A DNA stretch of 64,000 nt from Eledone cirrhosa (GCA_964016885.1 OZ024749.1:9300001-9364000); one strand, 5' to 3'. Positions 25,836-39,359 are shown, counted from the first letter of the stretch. The notes: generated from the sequence alone by a model not told the origin. A program made the numbers and translations.

Positions 25836-26150
25836 AATTGGCAGAGTTGTTAGAACATCGGATAGAATACTTTGTGGTATTTGTTCTGGCTTTCTGCTCT
25901 CTCAGTTCAAATCTCACTAAGCTCAACTTTGCCTTTAATCCTTTCGAGGTCGATAAAAAAGTACCAGTCTAGTACTGGGGTCGATTCTCCTACTATATCT
26001 CTTTCTCATTTCCTCTCTCTCACTTTATCTATCCTTCTCTGGAAGAATTCTGATGTGTTCAAACCTGAAGAGGGATGGACTTCGCCAGGCTTAAAATGCC
26101 CAAGAAACGCCATATGCCATTATGGTGCTGCCTACTACTTCATCAACAGT
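25836..26150 (+). mobile_element. Nin/Deu-domain SINE subfamily with long 3' extension
   Basis: SINE head and domain followed by ...aaacctgaagagggatggacttcgccaggcttaaaatgccc; opposite-strand copies at ~22380-22530 and 53110-53400. Confidence 0.8.
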
Positions 26151-27349
26151 TATGGAACCATGCCATACCATATATAGATCATCATCATCATCATTTTTAA
26201 CATTTGTCATCCCTGCTAAGAAGAGTTAGGGATCTCTCAGGTGGGTCAGGGCCTACATCTTGATTACGTATATTCCTGTGCACTACCAAGTGCACCAGCA
26301 CTAGGGAAGTTGTTATGTTTTTCATACAGCTGAAGAATCCTCCCAACCCTTTGTTTGGCAGGTTTTCTATGCCAGCAAGCCCTTTCAATTACCAACCACT
26401 TTAAGTAATGTACTAGCTGTATTCATCGTATACATCACTAACTCTAGGGAAGCGGCCATATCTTTGACACAATTGAAAAGTCCTTCCAGCCCTTTTTGGG
26501 GTAAGCTTTCTATGAATGGATTCCATTCCTATCACCAACTACTTTACAGAATGTACTGGGTTGGTTTATTATGTAGATCAGCAACTCTAGGGAGGGTGTC
26601 ATGTTTTCATACACACACGCACATTTGTCAAAGCAGGACAAGCTCCCTAGTGCAAAGGTTTCTATGCATCTAGCATTATATCAATCTAAACTCCTATTAT
26701 ATATATATATATATACACACATACATACACTCATACATATTATTTGACATAGATACCTATATATATATACATACACACACAAATACACACATACATTCAC
26801 TTACATTCGCATAAATAACTTTTATATAATTATTTCACTGATCAATAGATGAAGGTGATTTTGATAAGAGACTGATTAAAATCATTTTGATAAGATGCAA
26901 TGTATTGGAAAATGTATAAGGGTGGGAGGGAGGGTGATAGTGATGAGGGGGAGAGAGCAAGAGACTGAGACAGAGAGAGAGAGAGGAGGAGAGGAAGAAA
27001 GAGAGTGAAACAGAGAGAAAGAGAGAGAAACTGTGTATAAGATGTGTTGAAGAATGAGAGGGAAACAGTGGTGTTGAAGATGTATAGACAAGAGAGACAA
27101 ACAGCTTATTGACAATTTAACAACAGGCAGTTTAATAATTATATATATATCACAAAGATTATTATTTTAATTTGTGAAAAACATTTTAAGAGATAGCAAT
27201 CATTTTTGTTGCTAGAAGTGAAAATATCAGAAAAATATAATTTATGCCAGATTAAAGTTACTTCTAGGTGAATAACTCAATAGTTCTGAAGATAAAGAAT
27301 ATATAGAAACTACAACAAACTGTGTGTTTCTGTGTTATATGTAATTCAA

Positions 27350-27400
<51 letters not shown>

Positions 27401-27740
27401 GGAGGCACATGGCTTAGTGGTGAGAGCATTGACCCTTGCAATCGAAAGGTTGTGAGTTCAATTCTCAGACCGGGTGATGTGTTGTTTCCTTGAGCAAGGC
27501 ACTTTATTTCACATTGCTCCAGTTTACTCAGCTGTAGAAATGAGATGATAGGACAGGGGTCCCTATCATTCCACTGCAAAGTGGTCGTGGAGGTGCCACA
27601 GCAAAAAAGCACCCAGCACTCACTGTAAATGAGGTTGGTGTTAGGAAGGGCATCCAGCTGTAGAAATCAAGCCAGAATCAGTTCCCGTCTCACCCTTGCA
27701 AGCAGGGAAAAAGCGGACGTAAAATGATGATGATGATGAT
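27401..27740 (+). mobile_element. CORE/Meta-like tRNA SINE with RTE tail, inserted in (TA)n
   Basis: Near-identical to 2080-2415. Confidence 0.88.
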
Positions 27741-27800
27741 ATATATATGTCTCACACACATATATACACACACACACATACATACACACACATATGTATG

Positions 27801-27858
<58 letters not shown>

Positions 27859-28296
27859 CATACATATCTATATTTATATACATATATATATATATCATCA
27901 ACATCATTATCATCAGTTAACATCCATTTTTCCACGCTTGCATGGGTTAAACAGGTCAACCATACCAGGAGGCAAGTCTGACCAGACTTGGCCATGTTGC
28001 ACCTTGCTCTGGAGAGGACTGTAAATTTGGCCAGGTATTTTACAGCTGGATGCCCTACCTAACACCAACCACATTTACAGTGTGGAACTATATATATATA
28101 TGTAGGTGTCATGACAAAAAAAACGCACAGTCCATGCTGTAATGTGGCCGTGTAGGTAACACGGTAAAAACCTCCCAGTCCACATTGTAAATGTGGTTGT
28201 TGGTGTTAGGAAGGGCATCCAGCCGTAGAAAACCTGCCAGATAGTCCTACACGAGTGAGACGACCAATCTTGCCTCAAGTGGAATAATTCCCGTCT

Positions 28297-28650
28297 AAAT
28301 TTCCATGTGTCTAACACACGTGGGCATGCCCATAAAGTCAGAAAACAGTACAGTTCCCATGACTTTCTGAAAAAATTTTTTCGCGCTCAGAGTTGCTGAA
28401 GCATGGAACAAACTACCTGCATCGGTTGTTAGCTGTCAAGACACTGCATTCTTTAAGGCCTCCATGCTTCCTGAAATTCGCCAACACTACACCTAATGTT
28501 CCCCCTCCATACACATGTATATCATGACTCATACACTATTCACTTCCCTAACATTTGTGTATTATTCTATGTACTATACATGCACCTTTGACGAGTTGTA
28601 GTGCACCTGAGCACTTTACACAATAATTTCATTATTATTATTATTATTAT
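28297..28650 (+). mobile_element. CR1-group LINE 3' end with (ATT)n tail
   Basis: NTRGHAHKVRKQ...RVAEAWNKLPASVVSC followed by a 3'UTR and attattatt. Confidence 0.82.
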
Positions 28651-29964
28651 TAAACCCATGCTAGCGTGGAAGATAGACATTAAACGATGATGATGATGAT
28701 ATATATATATACACACACACACACACATATAGATACAGAGAGGGATAGATGTGAAGTTTGAAGACCACGACAATGCGAAATGGACAATAAAATAAGACGA
28801 AACAATGTTATGTGTTACATTATTTATTTCTCTGCCTTGATATTTCTTGATAAAATCTCTTCTTCTTCGGAGGAGGAGGAATATAAACAAGGGACAAGTC
28901 TGATTCGGTAAACGTGCTACATCATGTTGCCGAAAGTAGTGCACATAGGTGAGGGAGAAGGTGAAGGATGGGGGAGGGTCAGAGGGCTCTATCCCTCTTT
29001 TATTTTTTAACCCTTTAGCATTCACATTATTTTATATATACTATTATATTTTCATGGTAAAGGCTTTATCTCACATAATATCGATCTATGAGATTTTGAA
29101 AGTATTTATTTTGAGAACAATACCTTAACATCAGTTTGAGAAAGGTCAAGAAGACTGCAGAGTTATTTCCCTTTATATCTATACATATACATACACACAA
29201 ACATATATATATATATGTGTGTGTGTATATATATATATATGCACACACACACATACACATACATGCCTACACATACCCATGCAAATACATATATGTACAT
29301 ACATAGGTTCTCATAGATAAATACCCCGGGAAGTGTGTGTTTTAGGATTCTAGGGCACAGAAATCCTTTCTCATGTTATCTATACATGCATACATATACA
29401 CACACCAACACACCCACATATATATATATATACATATATGCACACACACACATATATATACACACACATAGATATATATACACTTACAACAATAAATATG
29501 CACATAGACTCACACATACCGACCCATACATATGTGTGCCCTCTTATGTAAAGTCCTGTGGGGACAGATAAATAAGGTAACACATAACATCTTGTTCATC
29601 CATTTCACGTTGTCATGGCCTTCAATATTCACATTTTCATATACCATACACAATGCTTCATGCAAACTATTATTCCCTTTGCCAACCAGCAAGTATATGT
29701 CGGCGAAGGGAATAATACATATGACATCAATGGAACTTTACATCTTGTTTGGATTTTTATCTGAAGAGAACATGTAGGGCAGTTGTTATACAACTGCCTT
29801 ATGTCTTTGAAATACGTACAACAAAATAAACAGAGATGTACAAATGAAACTGTTTTTCTTGTTTATTATTGTAATAAAATGCTGGATGAACAAAAACCGT
29901 TGAGTGCTTTAGATCTGTTAAGGAAAAGGATTTTCAATGAACCAACTTTCTTCAATTGAATAAA

Positions 29965-30021
29965 TATATCACGCTGAAAACACCAGTTCTCGTCCGATCA
30001 CCAAAGTTAAGCAGCCTTGGG
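29965..30021 (+). pseudogene. 5S rRNA 5' fragment (about nt 10-65)
   Basis: atcacgctgaaaacaccagttctcgtccgatcaccaaagttaagcagc matches metazoan 5S rRNA as recalled, including the A-box agttaagc; 3' half absent. Confidence 0.85.
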
Positions 30022-30049
30022 AACCCTATGTGCCGTAAGCATTTACTGC

Positions 30050-30225
30050 TACACACTGTAAATGTGGTTGGTGTTAGGAAGGGCAACCAGCCATAGAAAA
30101 CCTGCCAGATAGTCCTATATGAGCGAGACACGGTCACCCGACCAACCTTGCCTCAAGTGGGACAACTCCCGTCTAACCCATGCTAGCGTGGAAGATGGAC
30201 ATTAAACGAAGATGATGAAGATGAT
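30050..30225 (+). mobile_element. RTE 3'UTR tail fused downstream of the 5S fragment
   Basis: cacactgtaaatgtggttggtgttaggaagggc...cccatgctagcgtggaagatggacattaaacga, as in 10940-11100. Confidence 0.85.
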
Positions 30226-30644
30226 AAATATATATATGCATACACACATAAAACTTGTCCTTCCTAACACCAATGACATTACAGCGTGGGCTGGGTGCTC
30301 TTTATCATGACACCAAGGCAGCCATCTGCCAGGTTTGATTAGGTGCCTTGTCTTCATGGTACCAGTACAACCATTTACAGGGTGGACTGGATGCTTTTTG
30401 TTGTGTCACTAGTGTGACCACTTTACAGTGTGAACTGGAAATAAATGTGGAAAGAAGTGGTGAAATGGGGGATACCAATAAAGACATTTCTAAGAATGAT
30501 GGATGAGGAATAAATGAGGGGGATGGTGGGGGATGTAGAAGTTTGTCATGGTGATTACAAGGAGAAAATGGCTTTTAAATGCTTGTTGTTGTTGCTACTG
30601 TTGTTGTTATTGTTGCTGTTGTTGTTGTTGTTGTTGTTATGGTA

Positions 30645-30686
<42 letters not shown>

Positions 30687-31278
30687 TCGTTGTTGTTGTT
30701 GCTGTTGTTGTTACTGTTGCTGCTGTTGTTGTTGTTGTTGTTGTTATGGTACTGCTGTTGTTGTTGTTGCTGCTGTTGTTGTTACCCTTATTTGTGATTT
30801 CCCTTGATGGTCAATAACCTGGAGAAAGATGAGCAATGCCAAAAAAACTTGGAAATACACCAAGATGTCAGATCTTTCAGTGATCATCTGTCAACCTATT
30901 AAATGATACAGAACTGTTTTCAGTACTTTAATGTGATGGTAATCTCTGGAGAAACCAGATTTGTAATTCTAGCTCTAATCCTCCATATAGAAAAGTTTTG
31001 AGTACTCTAATGTGATGTTAATCTTTTTGAAAGAGGCAGCTTATTGGCAGAGTCAGTAGAGCATCAGATAGAAAGTGTTGTGGTATTTATATTAACTCTC
31101 TTAAACCCACCATCAAAGATCATTAATATTTTCAATTATGATTTTTTTAAAAAGTTTTTTCATTGTTTTAACCAGATGCATTAAACTTACGGCTCCAACA
31201 CAGGTAATCCCAGCTCCCATAAACATTCCTCCAAGAATGGCATACATTTTCTCTTGCTCTCTATCTTTATCTGAAAGA

Positions 31279-33539
31279 AATCTACTGTTTTCAAGCTTGG
31301 AGAAGAGATGGGTTCTGCCAGGCTTGGCTTGGAATCTATTGTTTTCAAGCCTGGAGAAGAGATGGGTTCTGCCAGGCTTGGCTTGGAATCTACTGTTTTC
31401 AAGCCTGGAGAAGAGATGGGTTCTGCCAGGCTTGGCTTGGAATCTACTGTTTTCAAGCCTGGAGAAGAGATGAGTTCTGCCAGGCTTGGCTTGGAATCTA
31501 CTGTTTTCAAGCCTGGAGAAGAGATGGGTTCTGCCAGGCTTGGCTTGGAATCTACTGTTTTCAAGCCTGGAGAAGAGATGGCTTCTGCCAGGCTTGGCTT
31601 GGAATCTACTGTTTTCAAGCCTGGAGAAGAGATGGGTTCTGCCAGGCTTGGCTTGGAATCTATTGTTTTCAAGCTTGGAGAAGAGATGGGTTCTGCCAGG
31701 CTTGGCTTGGAATCTATTGTTTTCAAGCCTGGAGAAGAGATGGGTTCTGCCAGGCTTGGCTTGGAATCTATTGTTTTCAAGCCTGGAGAAGAGATGGGTT
31801 CTGTCAGGCTTGGCTTGGAATCTATTGTTTTCAAGCCTGGAGAAGAGATGGGTTCTGCCAGGCTTGGCTTGGAATCTATTGTTTTCAAGCCTGGAGAAGA
31901 GATGGGTTCTGCCAGGCTTGGCTTGGAATCTACTGTTTTCAAGCCTGGAGAAGAGATGGGTTCTGCCAGGCTTGGCTTGGAATCTACTGTTTTCAAGCTT
32001 GGAGAAGAGATGGGTTCTGCCAGGCTTGGCTTGGAATCTATTGTTTTCAAGCCTGGAGAAGAGATGGGTTCTGCCAGGCTTGGCTTGGAATCTATTGTTT
32101 TCAAGCTTGGAGAAGAGATGGGTTCTGCCAGGCTTGGCTTGGAATCTACTGTTTTCAAGCTTGGAGAAGAGATGGCTTCTGCCAGGCTTGGCTTGGAATC
32201 TACTGTTTTCAAGCCTGGAGAAGAGATGGGTTCTGCCAGGCTTGGCTTGGAATCTACTGTTTTCAAGCCTGGAGAAGAGATGGGTTCTGCCAGGCTTGGC
32301 TTGGAATCTACTGTTTTCAAGCCTGGAGAAGAGATGGGTTCTGCCAGGCTTGGCTTGGAATCTACTGTTTTCAAGCTTGGAGAAGAGATGGGTTCTGCCA
32401 GGCTTGGCTTGGAATCTACTGTTTTCAAGCTTGGAGAAGAGATGGGTTCTGCCAGGCTTGGCTTGGAATCTACTGTTTTCAAGCCTGGAGAAGAGATGGG
32501 TTCTGCCAGGCTTGGCTTGGAATCTACTGTTTTCAAGCTTGGAGAAGAGATGGGTTCTGCCAGGCTTGGCTTGGAATCTACTGTTTTCAAGCTTGGAGAA
32601 GAGATGGGTTCTGCCAGGCTTGGCTTGGAATCTACTGTTTTCAAGCCTGGAGAAGAGATGGGTTCTGCCAGGCTTGGCTTGGAATCTACTGTTTTCAAGC
32701 CTGGAGAAGAGATGGGTTCTGCCAGGCTTGGCTTGGAATCTATTGTTTTCAAGCCTGGAGAAGAGATGGGTTCTGCCAGGCTTGGCTTGGAATCTATTGT
32801 TTTCAAGCTTGGAGAAGAGATGGGTTCTGCCAGGCTTGGCTTGGAATCTATTGTTTTCAAGCTTGGAGAAGAGATGGGTTCTGCCAGGCTTGGCTTGGAA
32901 TCTACTGTTTTCAAGCTTGGAGAAGAGATGGGTTCTGCCAGGCTTGGCTTGGAATCTACTGTTTTCAAGCCTGGAGAAGAGATGGGTTCTGCCAGGCTTG
33001 GCTTGGAATCTATTGTTTTCAAGCTTGGAGAAGAGATGGGTTCTGCCAGGCTTGGCTTGGAATCTACTGTTTTCAAGCCTGGAGAAGAGATGGGTTCTGC
33101 CAGGCTTGGCTTGGAATCTATTGTTTTCAAGCCTGGAGAAGAGATGGGTTCTGCCAGGCTTGGCTTGGAATCTACTGTTTTCAAGCCTGGAGAAGAGATG
33201 GGTTCTGCCAGGCTTGGCTTGGAATCTATTGTTTTCAAGCTTGGAGAAGAGATGGGTTCTGCCAGGCTTGGCTTGGAATCTACTGTTTTCAAGCCTGGAG
33301 AAGAGATGGGTTCTGCCAGGCTTGGCTTGGAATCTATTGTTTTCAAGCCTGGAGAAGAGATGGGTTCTGCCAGGCTTGGCTTGGAATCTACTGTTTTCAA
33401 GCTTGGAGAAGAGATGGGTTCTGCCAGGCTTGGCTTGGAATCTACTGTTTTCAAGCCTGGAGAAGAGATGGGTTCTGCCAGGCTTGGCTTGGAATCTATT
33501 GTTTTCAAGCTTGGAGAAGAGATGGGTTCTGCCAGGCTT
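31279..33539. repeat. 54-bp tandem array, ~42 copies, derived from a SINE 3' extension
   Basis: Unit ggcttggaatctaYtgttttcaagcYtggagaagagatgggttctgccaggctt; unit and both flanks align to 26020-26150 and to the reverse of 53135-53230. Confidence 0.97.
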
Positions 33540-34066
33540 TAAAATGCCATATATCATTCTGGTGCCCCTACAACTCCATCAGAAGTAACAGATCCATACA
33601 TCATCACCATCTATTTTCCATCCTTGCATGGATTAGATGGCTGTCGCGTGCTGAGGCCACACTGATTAGTTGACTAGGTTCTACTCTTTTGCTTTGCTTT
33701 AGCTTGGTTTCTATAGTTGGATATCCTTCCTAACACCAACCACTTTACAGAATCTACTGTGAGAATTTATCATGACTTAGACATTATCACCTCAAGGCTG
33801 GATTGGGTGCTTTATGTCATGGCACCATACATATATACAATCTCTTGGAAAACCGGATTTGCCATACCAATTCTATTTTTCCTTGAGCATTTTAATTTCA
33901 ATCATACCCTGTGCCTTTATTTTTACTTTATTCTTAATTATTATATTAACCAAAACATTAGTTTATGATAAATTAAATATTTTCCTACTTAACACTAATT
34001 AATAAAATAAAATAAATACCTTTTTCTATTTCTAAATAGTTAATAGCAAGCACAAACAACAACAAT

Positions 34067-34112
<46 letters not shown>

Positions 34113-34122
34113 GTTGCTGCTA

Positions 34123-34159
<37 letters not shown>

Positions 34160-34273
34160 GACTGTAAGTAGTCGTGTATGTGCTTCTCTCTCTTTTTCAG
34201 TGACTCAGTCTTTTTGTGTATGTATGTGTATTATCATTTTACATCTGGTTTCGTTCTTTATATATATATATAT

Positions 34274-34353
34274 ATATAAAGAAAAAAAGATGAAATCGAA
34301 AATGCAACTGGAGACTTCAGTTGCATTTTCGATTTCATCTTTTTTTCTTTATA
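34274..34353. repeat. Palindrome, ~39-bp arms, left arm abutting (TA)n
   Basis: tataaagaaaaaaagatgaaatcgaaaatgcaactg pairs with cagttgcattttcgatttcatctttttttctttata. Confidence 0.95.
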
Positions 34354-34407
34354 GTTTCACTCGTGTAGGACACCTCGGTTATTTTTCATTTTGTAAAAAA
34401 ACCTCAC

Positions 34408-34446
<39 letters not shown>

Positions 34447-35148
34447 CATATATATCATCATCATCGTTTAACATCCATCTTCCACGCTAGCATGGGTTAA
34501 GCGGGTTTGTCCCATTTAGAAGCAAGTTTGGTCGGATGACTGTGTCTCACTCATATAAGACTGGTTTTCTAGTGCCAACCACATATTTATTAGAATGCTG
34601 TCGAAATATGTATACATTTTTTGGGACACCTTGTATATGCATACACATTTCTTCTTTCACAAACAAATATATATATTTATTTATTTTTATTTATTGTAGC
34701 TGATGTGTATGTAATCTCTCTCTATATACATATGTGTGTGTGTGTTTGTGTATGTACATGTGTTTGTTTTATTGTAAATTGGCAGCTATTATATTTAGTG
34801 ATCACTCTCTTAACTTCCATTGAAGATAACAATAAATGAGTGAGTTAAAAAGTGTTGGTGTTTGTTTATCTGGATTGCTGTTCTAACACTCATCACTCTC
34901 TGTTGCAACATTAAATTGAAATTACATTGAATTTAAAAGCCACAAAAGCTACTGCAACCACACTCCCACAAGCATCTCTCAAACTATAAACTGAAAATAA
35001 ACATGAAACATGCTCAAAATTTTGAAGTTGCAACTTTATAGATATTTCAGTGTTCTTCCAATATCAAATTCACACAGTCTATTTGATTGTAAAGTACATA
35101 AAATATAATATGATTGCTAAAGTATAAGAAAAAACATGAACAAATCAT

Positions 35149-35264
<116 letters not shown>

Positions 35265-36209
35265 CAGCAAATTTGCAAAAGATCCACTAAATCTTTTTTT
35301 TTTCATCTCCAAAAACCTAAAATAATGAAAAAAAAAAGAGAGAAAAAGAAAGAAAGAGAAAAGAAAAAAATTCTATTTCCCAGAAGATAAATTGTATAGA
35401 AATGTTGAAGGTGAGCATATATATAAAAAATATATATATAGATATATATTAGCAGAACATATATGATTAGAAAGATGGATTATCAAATTGTTGCATGGTG
35501 AGTGAAAAAGCTGACAACATAGCTAGATTGTATTCTATGTTGACTGCTGTGATTGCAACTCTCCTCTCTTAGGTTCTGCTTTACTGGAAAACATTGATCA
35601 ATGCCAAACATCATAGTTAATACTGTTTCCATTAACAAGATTTGGTGTGAAAGCATTCCTCTTGTGGTTTTCTCTGACTACAACTTAATGCCCATTTTTA
35701 TATCAATGTTGGTAGTCCACCAAAATAAACCCCTCCTGGGAATGGAACCACTTAAGTGATTTTTATGTAGCTGTGATAAGCTAGAAAATACTTCTAAACA
35801 TACTGCTGTTGTTGCTGTTGGTTACACTCTTCTGTTGTTATCAAAATAACTGTAATCTGTGAGTTCTGAATAAATTATCAAATAGAAGGGAGAATATAAA
35901 AAAAATAATTATAATTAAGCAACAATTTCTATATCAGATTTTTCAATGTTTTTGTTGTTTTATTTATTTGGTGGGGGTTCTCAAATAAATTCAATTTCAT
36001 GCTTGTATTTACATGGCTGTAAAGCTTTCATATAATAATTATGTCTTACTTAGAGTACAAAAGGTGTTACTATGCAGTTGCTCACCTGCTAGTAATAGCA
36101 ATCATCTTCCCTCAAATTACACCAATACTGTCTTAAAATATGGAGGATACTTATGATAATTTATTACTACTTACACTGTCTCAATAAAAAGAAGACTAGA
36201 TGGCCACAA

Positions 36210-36892
36210 GAAATCCCTACCAAATATCTGCCTCACAAAAGAGGAGGGCCATCAGTCGTCAATAAATGTAGGCTATGTAAAACATAGATTGAAGATGTTA
36301 GCCCCATTATTGCCATCTGAAAGAATGATGTCTCATTACTACCTCCCTATGAGACATGATGAACCATCTGGAATGCACTAAGGAAAACAAAATTAAAAAC
36401 AAATGAGGAGGAATATGTTGAGATAGATGGCACTAAGGAATACTGGTGGAACCTGAAAATAAAAACTGCCACCAAATTAAAACACAACCAGCCTGATATT
36501 GTTTGGGGCCACACATTGAAAACGTGCTCTATTGTAGAGATCAGCTGCCCACTTGATGTAAACGTTGTAAGAAAAATACAGGAGAAGGAAGATATATATG
36601 GATCATTGATGAGGAGTTTGCAAATCCAGTATCCAAGATACACCTTCAGCTTCATACCCATTATTATTGGAGCTACAGGTTATATACCAATCTTCTTGGA
36701 CCAAAGTAGGACTGAACTTGGATTTGTGGATAAAGAGCGCAGCTCCCTAATTCATAGATTACAAATGGCTGCGATATCTAGCACCTTCAAAATTTGCAGA
36801 GCATTCTTGTGATTCAACGGATGGTAATTTCTTTTCTTTTACAACCTTGCCACCAGGAAGGTGGCCAATCAAAAATGTACTCGAAATTAAAA
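36210..36892 (+). mobile_element. R4/Dong-like (restriction-like endonuclease) LINE 3' fragment, followed by (TACA)n at ~36894-36982
   Basis: KCRLCK knuckle remnant, MRHD, NQPDIV...IVEISCP...KIQEK...Y...IPIIIGATG, typical of the RLE domain; frameshifted. Confidence 0.8.
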
Positions 36893-37077
36893 GATACATA
36901 CATACATACATACATACATACATACATACATACATACATACATACATACATACATACATACATACATACATACATACATACATGATGGGTTTCTACACAT
37001 ACCTGGGTTCATTACAATTCTGTTGGTCTAAGGAAACATTTCAGACATATTATACCCATAGGCTCTCTCTCTCTCTG

Positions 37078-37111
<34 letters not shown>

Positions 37112-38217
37112 TATATATATGTATACATATATATATATACACAAAGTATTTATCAAACTAATTAATTGAGTTTATGTGTCATTAAATTTCTTTTATAACT
37201 TACACAACATAAAATGTTAAAACAACTTGATTTGTAACAAATTTGAAGTCTATACATTATATTTATTGATCATTATTATTTCAACTGTCACAAACAGATG
37301 TGTTGGGCTGACAATTTATATATATATCCTGATACATTAACAAAATACAACATTTTTATGTGAAATAATAAGTAAAATTACCCAAGAGAATAATAGACAA
37401 TTAGTTTGTCTACGTTGTAAATAACTTTGTTTTCTTGTCTTTTGGTTTTTTTCTCTAATATATATTTACAGCTATTATAGATATTTTTTCTTCTGTACTA
37501 TAGTATAATTAGATCTCGCATCATTGAAACTATCTACACTGCAAAAAAAAATAATAATAATAAGTTAACATATTATTTTTATATGCTCTGCAATTTTGTA
37601 ACTGAATTCACAAACTCCTCATCGTAAAATCCAAAACTATTTACCTTGAAAGGCAAGGGTATCAAAGATGCTTGTGGAGAGCTTTGTTGTAAAAAGCAAT
37701 GAAAATAGAAGTTGGGTATGCAAGGGGACAAGGTTCCCTTACTTTCCATTTTCTCATGAGCTAGAGGTAGGGGCTTATAGTATCTAAACCCCTTCTTCCC
37801 AATCTTAGTCTCATAGACTTTAGTGTACCTCTAGCTCCTAAAATCCATTTCCATATATGTTTTAAACTTACTTGGTTAGGACCAATATCTGTTACAACAT
37901 TTCCAAAAAATACAGAAATACAATAGAAAGAGCAAAGATTAGAAATAATATTTTCACAGAATATTAACCCTTTCCAATCCAATCCAATGCCTTCTCACCC
38001 CTGTTGAATGAACCCTCTCTGGTTGACTTCCACCACTTTGTTTGTTTTTTTGTCATGTAGGGTTGTAGCCATACTCACTATGCTTGGCCAGTTGCAGATT
38101 GGTGAACAATTTAACCGAATTTCTAATGAAAGACACTGCCTATGTGTTTCAAATAATTTTGGAAGTAATCAAAAGTCTGGAAGGATTTAATAATATAACT
38201 AATCTTGTCATTATTAA

Positions 38218-38440
38218 GGTGGATTGGCAGAATTATTAATGTGTTGCAGGCAATATGCTTTGTAGCATTTTTACTGGCTCTGTGCATTCTGAGTTCAAAT
38301 TCTGCTGAGGTCAACTTTGCCTTTCATCCTTTCTGGCTTTCTGGATCAATAAAATAAAGCACTAGTCAAATACTAGGGTTGATTTAATCAACTTTCCTCT
38401 CCCTAAAATTGCTATCCTTGTCCCAATGTTAGCAAGAATT
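38218..38440 (+). mobile_element. Nin/Deu-domain SINE copy
   Basis: Homologous to 3047-3235; further copies at 39079-39292 (+), 39889-40026 (-), 51510-51700 (+), 51795-51927 (+). Confidence 0.8.
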
Positions 38441-38469
38441 AATAAGCTGGTGTCTGAAGTGTAAGTTAA

Positions 38470-38690
38470 CCCTTTAGCATTTACATTCCTCTATATATAC
38501 TGCTGTATTTTTGTGGTAAAGGCTTTATCTTACACAATTATCACACATAATATCGAATCTATGAGATTGTGAGGTTATTTATTTTGAGAACCATACCTTA
38601 ATGTAGGTATGAGCAGCCAGTTACAGTCAGTTCAAACAGAAAGAGGTGAGAGAATTCTGGCCAGATATGGCTGGCTTAAATGCTAAAGGG
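38470..38690. mobile_element. piggyBac-type MITE
   Basis: 14-bp TIRs ccctttagcattta / taaatgctaaaggg flanked by TTAA on both sides; a truncated copy starts at 29011. Confidence 0.9.
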
Positions 38691-39359
38691 TTAATGCTTC
38701 TTACATAAAATCATGATGGAAAGTTTTTAGATAAATATAAATAGTTAAAACAAATAGTGTTGTATCAAAGAGCCAGATGCAATTTCAGGCAGTTTGGTAT
38801 GAAAATAACTTTTTAGTTGTTGAAAAGAAACAAAAGTCAAAATGATTATAAAGCCATGAGACATTAGAATTAGAGTAGAGTTTTAAAATATAGTAAATGA
38901 TTTGAATTGGGAATTGAAACCACCACCTCCTGTTTATCAAAACCTTATTTGTGTATCTTATTGCATGAAATCATTGTAGCTAAATAGTTTATGTGAAGCA
39001 AGATATTATATTAACATCAGTGCTATAATTTTAAGACAACTTCTTTAAAATATGATTAAATTGAAGAAGAGAGGAAAGTGGATTGGTAGTATCAATGGAA
39101 CAACAGACAAAATGCTTTGCAGCATATAGCCATATCCCTTTACGTTCTAAGTTTAAATCCTACCGAGGTTAACTTTACCTTTCATCCTTACGGGGTCAAT
39201 AAAATCAAGCACCACTAATGTACTGGGGTCAATTTAATCAACTTTCCATTCCCTCAAAATTGTTGGCCCTCTGCCTAAATTAGAAACCATTAAATGAAAG
39301 AAGACAGAACAAGAGCTTGGCTGATTAATTATCTCATTATAATATTTCAAACATGATCT

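Noticed and set aside
30514-30817. Poly-Cys/Leu/Val ORFs
   Set aside because: (GTT/GCT)n microsatellite.
31279-33539. CRISPR-like array
   Set aside because: Units are contiguous with no unique spacers, there are no cas genes, and the context is eukaryotic.
34068-34160. (CTA)n followed by (GTA)n forming a hairpin
   Set aside because: Opposed simple repeats; no evidence of anything beyond microsatellite turnover.
37644-37682. Possible 37-bp minus-strand micro-exon (aag|CTCTCC...TCAAG|gtaaat)
   Set aside because: Splice-like signals only; no partner exons or recognisable peptide.
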